DNA of 64,000 bases, from NCBI GenBank assembly GCA_951406725.2, contig OX597833.1:3720001-3784000 (forward strand). The letters run 5' to 3'. This stretch comes from Octopus vulgaris. Its lineage: Eukaryota. Below, piece after piece: positions 54,573-64,000 of this stretch (positions are counted from its first letter, which is position 1; each line of letters opens with the position of its first letter). The notes beneath the pieces were generated by a model that had not been told where the DNA came from, ran no database searches, and saw only the letters and a list, made by a program, of their open reading frames with translations. The translations under genes and the position numbers were made by a program.

Positions 54573-56128
54573 ACATATATAGTGATGATGATGATGATGA
54601 TGCTCCGGCTATGCTGGTGCACCACCATGAAGGTTTTAACTGATCAAATCAAACCCAGTTTCTTATTCTTAGTGTTAGTTATTCTATAGAATACTTTTTG
54701 CCGAAATGCTAAGTTACGGGAACGTAAACACACTAACATCGTTTGTCAAGCGTTTGTTAGCGGTACTCTTACATCTCCCATTACCCATTTTTCATCCTCG
54801 ATCACATTGTTTACATCTGGCATCTCGCTTACGAAACGCCATAGCAAAAATCAGTGCTGGCTATAACTGCTCTAGAATGTCTGCAGAGATAACCATAACA
54901 AGAGATGTAAATCGCACTGCTAACACAGTAGAACATGGCATTGGCTTATAGAAACGTTTAATATACTTTATAACATATTACAATTGCATAACGAAATTCA
55001 TTGTCCCTATAAGTCATTAATGCTTTATATTTTCCTGAAGCGAGTGCGGGGACTAGATCTCAGGATGATGTCGGGGTCTTCTACTGGAATGCTCAAGATG
55101 TGTTTGGATGTTTAGTCATAATTTATTGAAAAGGACTGAGGACTAAAGATTTATACTGCAACAAATTATGCTCCTTGCATATTATTTTAAGAATTTTGGT
55201 TTTGCTGTATTGGAAGTCTATAGGTGTGGTCTGTGCAGTCAATAATAATGTGAAACGCATTATTATTTGTGTTAATTTTAGTTCTTCGGTTTTGGTGGGA
55301 CGATGTGGGACGGGGAACAGAGATTGGGTTTCTTGTAGGACTAACATAAGTAAAGATGTGTCTAACGAGTATATTTGTAAACAAATGTTGTTTTTCAAAA
55401 AGATAGCCACCGAATAACTGCGCCGTTTTGTAACTACGTGGTTATAAGATTGACTTCGATGTATTCCGGTTTCGAGTTGAATTTAACTTCACTGCTTTGA
55501 ACTTAGGCTAAGTGTCATCAATCATAACCTCGAGTTGAAAAACAGCTTCAATGAGTGAATGTTGGTGGACGGAAACTGTGGAAGCCTAGTTCGACCTTGT
55601 TCGGCCCAAGCTAGAGCAAAATATTGCAGAAGACACATGAAAGCAGTGTTGCAAAGTGCTACAGAACGCTTGACCAAGACTTTTGGTGCACCATTTTGCA
55701 TAGTGATGATGGAAAACTTGGAGGAGAAAGATTACACGAGAATCGAAATTTTCGCAATTCAATTACGACATGAAAGATAAACAACAACAGCAATAACAAC
55801 GACATCGTCATCGTCATCATCATCATCATTATCACCATCATCTTACTCTGTCATGGTAATTTCAACGATCACACGCTACACACGTTCCTTCCAAGCACTG
55901 CTGTACAGAATTCAAGGCCACTCTTTGCCGAGCAGCTTCACTCTGCGTTCGTTAGCTTCGGTTACTACAGCAACAGTCCGGATACTTATTGATCAGACCT
56001 CGTATATGAATATGCGTAGTTATGCGGTGTGTGTGCGTATATATGAGTACATGTGTGAGCGTGCACGTGTATAAACATATGAACAAGCATATGTAATCCC
56101 CTTTGCCCCCACCACTTATATATATATA

Positions 56129-56211
<83 letters not shown>

Positions 56212-56249
56212 ATGTATAATATATATGTATATAATATGTATATACATAC

Positions 56250-56288
<39 letters not shown>

Positions 56289-56371
56289 CATATGTATGTA
56301 TGTATGTATGTATGTATATATATATGTGTGTGTATATATTTGTATATACATACATTCACACACACATATAC

Positions 56372-56433
<62 letters not shown>

Positions 56434-56684
56434 AATTTCTCTTTCTACTTAAGGTATTAATTTCTGTCTTCAGTTGTTTGTTGATTTTGTATAATTAAAA
56501 ACAACCCCCCACCCGACAAACATACACACATATATGTTTATATGTATGTTTGTATGTGTAGATATACATATATACATACATGCATGCACACACACACACA
56601 CACACACTCGACACTTATGTATATGCACGAACACACAAATATACAGGCAAGCACAAACACATACATATATACACACATACACAC

Positions 56685-56728
<44 letters not shown>

Positions 56729-57280
56729 GTGTGTATACATGCATGTGTGTGTGTGTGTGTGTGTACATTCCTCCACATACACTTCCAACATCTTCCACTA
56801 CTTCCCAGCTCCCCACATTTCCCTACGATGAAAGGTTCAAATCAATTTCATCCTCTCTCATAGTTTATTGTAGAAAGTTTCGCTTTAAAATTCCATTTTT
56901 TAAAATATATTCTTTATTTCTTCCTAAATTCTTCTTATTGGTAACTGCAACCGTAACAGCAACAGGAAGAATAAATTATGGTCTGAAATTTTGCCACAAG
57001 GGCAGCACGATTCGATTGTAATAGATATTTTATCGATTGAGCGATATTTCAACAGTGAGTCTGTCTTTGTCAAGTTCAAAATAAGAAGTAATAGAAATTC
57101 AAAATTATAGAAATTTAAATCTAAAGTATGAACGAGAGCAACCAGTGTCCACACGTTGATGGAATTTAGTTTCAATTTTATAAAAGGCGAAACGAAAAAG
57201 ACAGAAAAAAAGAGGAAAGAAGAAAAAGAAAAAGAAGAATATTTGATCAAACAGTTTTGTATAAAGTTGACGATATTCTC

Positions 57281-57480
57281 GCTGGCAGAATCGTTAGCAC
57301 GCCGGGCGAAATTGTTTGCGGTATTTCGTCTGCCGCTACGTTCTGAGTTCAGATTCCGCTGAGGTCCACTTTGCCTTTCATCCTTTCGGGGTCGATAAAT
57401 TAAGTACCAGTTACGCACTGGGGTCGATGTAATCGACTTAATACCTATGTCTGTCTCTGTCCCTTCTATGTTTAGCCCCT
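57281..57480 (+). mobile_element. SINE family A, abutting the Penelope remnant
   Basis: Matches the family A head and core. Confidence 0.85.
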
Positions 57481-58650
57481 GTCGTTTTATTCATTCTTCC
57501 AGGGCGTGATGCTAATAACCAGCAAACATATTTCTCCTCATGCATTCTGAGAAGTGAAAGTGAAGCAGATTCAGAATATTTTCTGAGAATATTCACTTTC
57601 AAGTCTTCTTCAACATTGCAGCCGCTTGAAACGAAATGTTTGGCAAGTTCCGTGGAACTACTGTTATTATGCCTGACGTCGAATCTGAGCCCATTGAATC
57701 TTTTGTTTAATTGTTCTGTTGTACAACCAACATAAATCTTGTTGTCGCGTACACCAAACGGGAATCCATACATACTCTCTTTTTACTCTCTTTTACTTGT
57801 TTCAGTCATTTGACTGCGGCCATGCTGGAGCACCGCCTTTAATCGAGCAAATCGACCCCGGGACTTATTCTTTGTAAGCCCAGTACTTATTCTATCGGTC
57901 TCTTTTGCCGAACCGCTAGGTGACGGGGACGTAAACACACCAGCATCGGTTGTCAGGCAATGCTAGGGGGACAAACACACACATACATACATATATATAT
58001 ATACATATATACGACAGGCTTCTTTCAGTTTCCGTCTACCAAATCCACTCACAAGGCTTTGGTCGGCCCGGGGCTATAGCAGAAGACACTTGCCCAAGAT
58101 GCCACGCAGTGGGACTGAACCCGGAACCATGTGGTTGGTTAGCAAGCTACTTACCACACATCACTCCTGCGCCTATGTTCCACCTTTTGTATAAATCATA
58201 ACATTTCTGTTATGATTCCTGATGGAATTCACTTCACTCATGTTGTTGCACAATGAACAGGGCTTACCTCTCTTGCGAATGTTCTTTTTCAAAGTACAGC
58301 ATGCAGAGACTCCAGTATTCGTTTTCTTGGAGTCAGAAATAGAGGTCAATAATTCTCTTATTTTCTTATTCCGTCTAAAGGCTACAATAAGCGGCTGAGG
58401 AAATATTTGTTTGAAACGAGAATATTTTTTCGCCACATGCTGGTAACTTTCACGCAACACTTTCGAAATGCCAGCGAAATTTCAGTGCCAGTTAATCACT
58501 AAAGGAATTCTGTCGTCTATTGTAATGTATTGTGTTTCGTAAGTAAATTTCGTTTTTGATCAAAGTATTTTTACCTGTTGCCTCTCTTTTCTCTTAGTCA
58601 CAACGCTTCTCGAAGGGCATTTTGTAAGATCGGATACCAGCACCTTTCCT
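57481..58650 (-). pseudogene. Penelope-like element C-terminal remnant (linker with Cys motif + GIY-YIG endonuclease), split by a SINE at 57772-58175
   Basis: IFPQPLIVAFRRNKKIRELL...KPCSLC (58173-58460), then KIYVGCTTEQLNKRFNGLR...ELAKHF...E.KYV..L...P..MN (57481-57770). Removing the SINE restores GGTCMDSRLVYA. Confidence 0.85.
57772..58175 (-). mobile_element. SINE family C (head GGCGCAGGAGTGGCTGTGTGGTAAG, internal microsatellite, tail ...GACTGAAACAAGTAAAAGAG)
   Basis: Full copy interrupting the Penelope reading frame. Confidence 0.88.
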
Positions 58651-59088
58651 GTCTACATATTTTACTCACGCCACCTTTTTAACACAGCCAAGGCTTTACG
58701 AATGTGTATCAGATGCGGGATCATGCTTGACAACTTATGTATGTGAGAGGCTAATTAGAACAAAATAACGAAGTCACTTGTAAGGTATTAAAGCATATTT
58801 TTATTGCTTCTCAATAATTCTGAGGTTTTACAGTGGAAATTCATATCGATATAACTTTATCATTTCGATATTTTACTATCTCTCCTCATAGTTCACTGGC
58901 TGCATTGATAATTTCGACCATCTCTGAAAAATACAGAAGCAAAGAAATATCTTTTTTAGTCCAACACATTCAATATATATATATATATAGTTAATCCAAA
59001 CAAGAAAACACAAAAAACAAAACACAGCAACGCGAGAACGTGGAACAAATAAAGTATTATTGGACGCTCAGGAAAGAAGGGAAGGAGG

Positions 59089-59123
59089 GTTTAACGTTTC
59101 GAGCGGAGCTCTTCGTCGGAAAC
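59089..59123 (-). ncRNA. Variant minimal hammerhead in a Penelope-like terminus
   Basis: Minus: gttt CCGACGA a-gagc-tcc-gctc GAAA cg TT aaac; non-canonical C at core position 4. Confidence 0.55.
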
Positions 59124-59194
59124 AAAGGAGAAGGAAAGATCCCGAGAAGGGAAGACAGAGGAAAAAAAATTGCTGGCGGTGCTCACGAGGTCAC

Positions 59195-59249
<55 letters not shown>

Positions 59250-59760
59250 AATATAGGGACGGTTTGTTAAACTAACATCACGAGTGGCAAGCGAATTATC
59301 AGTCGTACAGGCAAATTAATAAAATATATACATACAATATTAGACATGTGCATATGTGCACATATATGGACATATCTAATATTGTGTTTATATATATATA
59401 TATATAGATATATATATATATATAGATATATATATATATATATATATGATTCCAAGAAAGTTAGAGGTTGTGAATCCAACCAACTAAGGGATAATATCTA
59501 TCCGATATACTGCTGATAGAATACCCAATTATTAATACACAATTTTTTTTTTCTTTGCATGGCAATTACACTACTGAATGTAATAAACGGGTGAGGGTAA
59601 AAAAGTTTTTATACCCTTAATTTATACGGCAATAAGAAAATGGATGGGGTCAATAGGTGGTATTCATTAACTTTTAGTCATTATGTTATGTGTATTTATT
59701 TGTTTAAAAAAACATTATAACAATATACATACATGTATAACATATTATGCTTCACATATA

Positions 59761-61010
59761 CGAGGGACGTTCAATAAGTAATGCCTCTGACCCACTTTTG
59801 CATGTGCAATCATTTATATCTCTATAGAGTAAGTGGCAAATTACAGCTCTGAATTAATTGTGGTTTCTGATTTACAGGTGTTTGAACCGAGTCAAGTGTG
59901 AAATGGAGCCTGTTGAGTATCGAGCAGTGATCCGGTTTTTGTATTTGAAAGGACGCACACCACGGGAGACTTTTGATGAAATGAAAGTAACTTATGGTGA
60001 TGATGCCCCATGATATGACCTTGTAAAACGCTGGCATCGTGAATTCAAACATGGTCGGAACTCTGTGGAAACAGCTCCCAGATCTGGTCGCCCCTTCTGC
60101 CATTGATGAGGCATCTGTCCGTCAAGTTGAGGCTGCCATTTTGGAAGATCGACGCATAATTATAGCCCATGAGGTCAAGATTAGTACCGGGTCTGTGGAA
60201 ACTATCATTCATGACCATTTGCATATGCAAAAGGTGTCTGCCAGATGGTTTCCCAGGTTGCTCACGCCTTTCCAGAAGCAAGAACGCGTCGAGTGCTCGA
60301 GGGTGAATTTGGAGATGTGCCAAGAAAATGAGTCAAAATTTTTCAAAAGACTGATTACACAGGATGAAACCTGGGTCCATCACGATGATCCAGAGACCAA
60401 AGCCCAGTCAATGCAGTGGAAGCACCGTGACTAACCCCCTCCAAAGAAGGCAAGGGTGCAGCCCTCCGCTGGCAAGGTCATGCTCACAGTCTTCTGGGAC
60501 TAGGACGGATAGTGATGACAGATTTCCTGGCAAAGGGTACCACAATTGCAGGAGCCTATTATGCTTCACTTTTGAGTAAATTAAGTTATCAAAATCAAGA
60601 GGCGGGGCAAGATCAGCAAAGACATCCTCCTCCTGCAGGACAACGCTCCGGTCCACAACTCGCTTGTCGCCAGATCAGAAGCACAGGCGTATGGCTATGA
60701 ACTCCTCCCCCATCCCCCTACTTTCCTGACCTTGCACCCTCTGATTTTCACCTCTTCCCAGCCATAAAGTTGTTTTTGAAAGGAAAGCGTTTCCCAGATG
60801 ATGCAGCCTTGATTTCTGATGTCACGTTCAGGTTGGAGGACCAAGCTGGGGTCTTCTACAAAAACGGTCTCCAGAGCTGCATCAAACAATGGGAGAAATG
60901 CGTAACTCTGGGTGGTTCCTATGTAGAAAAAGACTAATAACTGTGCCAAGTTTCGTTGCTCTACTGCTATGGGAAGTGGGTCAGGGGCATTACTTATTGA
61001 ACGCCCCTCG
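59761..61010 (+). mobile_element. Full-length (1250 bp) mariner DNA transposon
   Basis: ~37-bp imperfect TIRs CGAGGGACGTTCAATAAGTAATGCCTCTGACCCACTT / AAGTGGGTCAGGGGCATTACTTATTGAACGCCCCTCG, with TA on both flanks and an internal transposase. Confidence 0.96.
59903..60937 (+). pseudogene. Mariner transposase pseudogene
   Basis: MEPVEYRAVIRFLYLKG start, then WFPRLL, ITQDETWVH, LLQDNAPVH and PDLAPSDFHLF motifs, broken by stops and frameshifts. Confidence 0.93.
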
Positions 61011-61077
61011 TATAATATATAAAAAATACCAGTAATTATTAAAATATTTATCGTAGATCACAGGAAGTAGGATAATA

Positions 61078-61199
61078 TCTTACAGCTGTTTCTCTCTAAG
61101 GGCCATAGTACCCGATTATACTTCCATCCCTTCAGTGAACTGAAGTATTTGGCAGATAACATTTAGGTACATGGGTATGTCGCAGGGCTTCGTCAGAGA
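61078..61199 (-). ncRNA. Hammerhead motif with ~95-nt extended helix II
   Basis: Minus: tct CTGACGA [long hairpin] GAAA cagctg TA aga. Paralog at 13065-13186 with core CTGACTA. Confidence 0.65.
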
Positions 61200-61293
61200 G
61201 CTTAGAAAGTTCATAAGGTTAAGTTATAAATACAAATACATACATACATACATACAAACATACATATACATACATACATACATATATATATGT

Positions 61294-61379
<86 letters not shown>

Positions 61380-61382
61380 ACA

Positions 61383-61414
<32 letters not shown>

Positions 61415-61434
61415 CATACATATATATATGTATA

Positions 61435-61476
<42 letters not shown>

Positions 61477-61523
61477 CATACATGCATACATACATAAATA
61501 CAAGCATACATATATATATATGT

Positions 61524-61604
<81 letters not shown>

Positions 61605-61784
61605 CATACATACATACATATATACATACATACATACATATATCTCAGTATTACAACAAACATTCTGTACAATCAATTCTACATACTTCTCCTTAAAAAA
61701 AAAAAATAATAATAATAATAATAATTAAAAGTAATCAACAAAACGAACGAACAAAATAAAATTTAATAAAACATATCAACCAGA

Positions 61785-63002
61785 ATGGCTAGCCACCAAA
61801 AATCCAACAAAAACTGGTCTAATAATGAAGTCGACGTTCTTATCAACACATGGCATGGCCTTACCGAAACAGAGAGCATAGGTGCTTCGTGTCTGAACGA
61901 AATTGCTAAACGAACAGTTCACCATTTGCAAACTCGATCTGAACAGCAGATCCAAAATAAATTAAAACAAATCGAAGTTGCTTTTAAATTAATAAATAAA
62001 CACTTCGATAAACTGAGATGTGTTTTCTCTTCGAACGCATCACCGGCGCAACAACAACAACAACAACCTCAACAACAACAAACTCAGCGGCAACAACAAC
62101 AACAACAACAGTTACAGCAACAACAACAACTTCAGCAGCAACAACCTCAGAGGCAACAACAACAACAACAGGATGAACCACTCCTTGATTCATCTACAAT
62201 GGCCGATTTGCTAAATGAAACGATTGACCCCCCAGTCATCAGGGTCACACAGCAGGAAGCACCACCCCTTCCTTTCACTGCCCCAGCAGCTCAATCATCA
62301 TCATTGTCAACACCATCTCCTCTGCTTACTACTACTAGTACTACTCCCACTATATATCGACAAACATCTTTGTCTTGGAATCGACCTCCTCAATCATTAC
62401 CACCGTCAACATCTCTTCTACCTACTACTACTACTACTACTACAGCTACTACTACTAATGCTATCTCAAGGAATTTACCTCCTACAGGTCACAAAGGTCG
62501 CCAAAACTTCAAACTATCATCTACACCTTTCACAGCTCACACACATACACGCACCTACACACCCACTCGAAACCCCATCATTTGCCGATATTCTCTTCGC
62601 CATAGACTGTGCACTGATAGAGACTGCAAATTCACCCATTTACCTGGAACAAAACGCTCTATCCCCACAAACTACAACAGCAACCACCATAATACAACAT
62701 CACCACAACCACCAATATCTCAAACAAGGAATCCCCAAATCTGCCGCTATTCCCAGCGAGACAGATTGTGTTTGCACAGGGATTGCCCCTTTACCCATCT
62801 CCCGGGGACTCGTCGGACATTTAAAGATAACCACTCACATAAAAATAGCTGCGGTCACAGTCACCTGCGGTTCCCTAGACAGGAAACCACCTCTTCTTCC
62901 TCTTTTTTAGCTATAATGAATCTAGCAAAAGAACTGGAAAAAAACATCCGAGCTATCACCCACCGCCATCCACCACTATTACCCCACTACACATGCCATT
63001 AA
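61785..63002 (+). CDS. LINE ORF1 (405 aa): N-terminal Myb/SANT-like motif, polyQ, low-complexity linker, two CCCH zinc fingers
   Basis: Open 405-aa frame directly upstream of an APE-containing ORF2. Motifs: NWSNNEVDVLINTW...RSEQQIQNKLKQI, CRYSLRHRLCTDRDCKFTH and CRYSQRDRLCLHRDCPFTH. Confidence 0.8.
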   Translation: MASHQKSNKNWSNNEVDVLINTWHGLTETESIGASCLNEIAKRTVHHLQTRSEQQIQNKLKQIEVAFKLINKHFDKLRCVFSSNASPAQQQQQQPQQQQTQRQQQQQQQLQQQQQLQQQQPQRQQQQQQDEPLLDSSTMADLLNETIDPPVIRVTQQEAPPLPFTAPAAQSSSLSTPSPLLTTTSTTPTIYRQTSLSWNRPPQSLPPSTSLLPTTTTTTTATTTNAISRNLPPTGHKGRQNFKLSSTPFTAHTHTRTYTPTRNPIICRYSLRHRLCTDRDCKFTHLPGTKRSIPTNYNSNHHNTTSPQPPISQTRNPQICRYSQRDRLCLHRDCPFTHLPGTRRTFKDNHSHKNSCGHSHLRFPRQETTSSSSFLAIMNLAKELEKNIRAITHRHPPLLPHYTCH

Positions 63003-64000
63003 AAAGCAATCAAATAAACAAATCACCAAAACAATTAAAACCATCCACTCTCGCCTCAACATTTCTGCTTAATGCCCAAGGCATCAGCCCTTCCACCAAT
63101 ACACAAAAATGGAAGATAAGATTCCTGGAGGACTGGGTCGAGGCCCATCCAAACCACATCCCTTTCTTCGTCCTCACTGAAACCCATCTTAGTGACCTCC
63201 ACTTGGAAGCCGAGGTGAAAGTTAAAAATTTCAAAACCATTCGTGCTGATCGTGTTGGCAGAAGAAAGGGTGGGACTGCCATTTATGTCCATGATTCATT
63301 CTCAACAGAAGCCATGAACATATTTTCGAATGGATACTGCGAAGCAGTCGCTGTATTCAGTCAAACCAACAACTTAACAGTAGTTGGGCTCTACAGACCA
63401 CCCCAAACGCCCCTACCATGCTTCAAGGAATGCCTCAACAGCATAAAGTGTTTCATTCAGCAGTGTCAACCTGACAACATTTTAATGATGGGAGATTTCA
63501 ACCTTCCCGGGGTTGACTGGTCTACAAACAGTCTGCCGCCAGGTTCTTCTCTCTCAACCCCTGACAGGGAGGCAGTGGAATCGCTTCTTGACTTCATGGA
63601 TGACTTCTTCTTGTCCCAACTGGTACTCGAACCAACGAGATGTCACAAAAACGTCTTAGACTTAATTTTCAGCAATCACACTGATACTATCCACAATATT
63701 GCAGTGGAGAAAACCCTACTCTCCGACCATGACATGGTTCTCTGTGATCTGAGATTTCACTGGCCAAAATGCAAAACAAATGTCATCCCTCCTGTTCATC
63801 CATTTGACACTATGGATTTCCACAATGCAAACTGGGAAGCGATCAATAATGATCTTGCACAAGTCGATTGGTCCTTCACGCACACATACACACCCACTAA
63901 CATCAAAAAGTCCTGGCAGTCACTTGTAGACACCATCACGAACATATGTGCAAGACACACCCCATTAAGATCTGCAAACAAATCTAAGTGTCGAATCCCT
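62993..64000 (+). CDS. LINE ORF2, N-terminal 336 codons: APE endonuclease (CR1/L2 group), runs off the window
   Basis: ATG at 62993 overlaps the ORF1 stop by 10 nt. No stop to the window end. Motifs: LLNAQG, LTETHL, RADR...GGTAIYV, LYRPP, MGDFNLP, EPTR..NVLDLIF, LSDHDMV. Confidence 0.93.
   Translation, partial: MPLKSNQINKSPKQLKPSTLASTFLLNAQGISPSTNTQKWKIRFLEDWVEAHPNHIPFFVLTETHLSDLHLEAEVKVKNFKTIRADRVGRRKGGTAIYVHDSFSTEAMNIFSNGYCEAVAVFSQTNNLTVVGLYRPPQTPLPCFKECLNSIKCFIQQCQPDNILMMGDFNLPGVDWSTNSLPPGSSLSTPDREAVESLLDFMDDFFLSQLVLEPTRCHKNVLDLIFSNHTDTIHNIAVEKTLLSDHDMVLCDLRFHWPKCKTNVIPPVHPFDTMDFHNANWEAINNDLAQVDWSFTHTYTPTNIKKSWQSLVDTITNICARHTPLRSANKSKCRIP

Larger units (their letters stand above)
59447..61210 (-). 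mobile_element. Second copy of the 12672-13205 family, interrupted by the mariner
   Basis: Shared attccaagaaagttagaggttgtgaatccaaccaactaagggataatatctatcc end; similarity resumes after 61010. Confidence 0.75.
61640..64000 (+). mobile_element. Apparently intact two-ORF non-LTR retrotransposon (CR1/L2 group), 5' portion
   Basis: A short 5'UTR starts at the end of a TA/TACA microsatellite, followed by uninterrupted ORF1 and ORF2. The 5' boundary is approximate. Confidence 0.88.

Noticed and set aside
55464-55496. Helix II + GAAA + ccgg on the minus strand
   Set aside because: The core CTGANGA and the UH site are both missing.

Overview
This is an AT-rich, microsatellite-saturated animal genomic window. 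The SINE families and repeat load suggest a coleoid cephalopod, probably Octopus (inference). Almost all ORFs in the supplied track are translations of simple repeats. The only host coding sequence I can support is a minus-strand gene near the left edge: a signal-peptide exon (4028-4085) splices in phase to a discoidin/F5-8C-like glycan-binding exon (2465-2736). The rest is mobile DNA: several tRNA-derived SINE families, CR1/L2, RTE and Dong/R4-type LINE fragments, a Penelope GIY-YIG remnant, small Helitrons, a full-length decayed mariner, and at the right edge an apparently intact LINE whose ORF1 has Myb/SANT-like, polyQ and 2xCCCH features. The main hidden signal is RNA structure. About a dozen sequence-diverse minimal hammerhead ribozyme motifs (CUGANGA...GAAA...UH) are scattered across the window. 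Two lie inside head-to-head fold-back palindromes, and two related copies carry a ~100-nt extended helix II. There are also several other long imperfect hairpins and an A-B-A-B-A tandem array with a ~843-bp period. All structures were read by eye; none was computed or searched.
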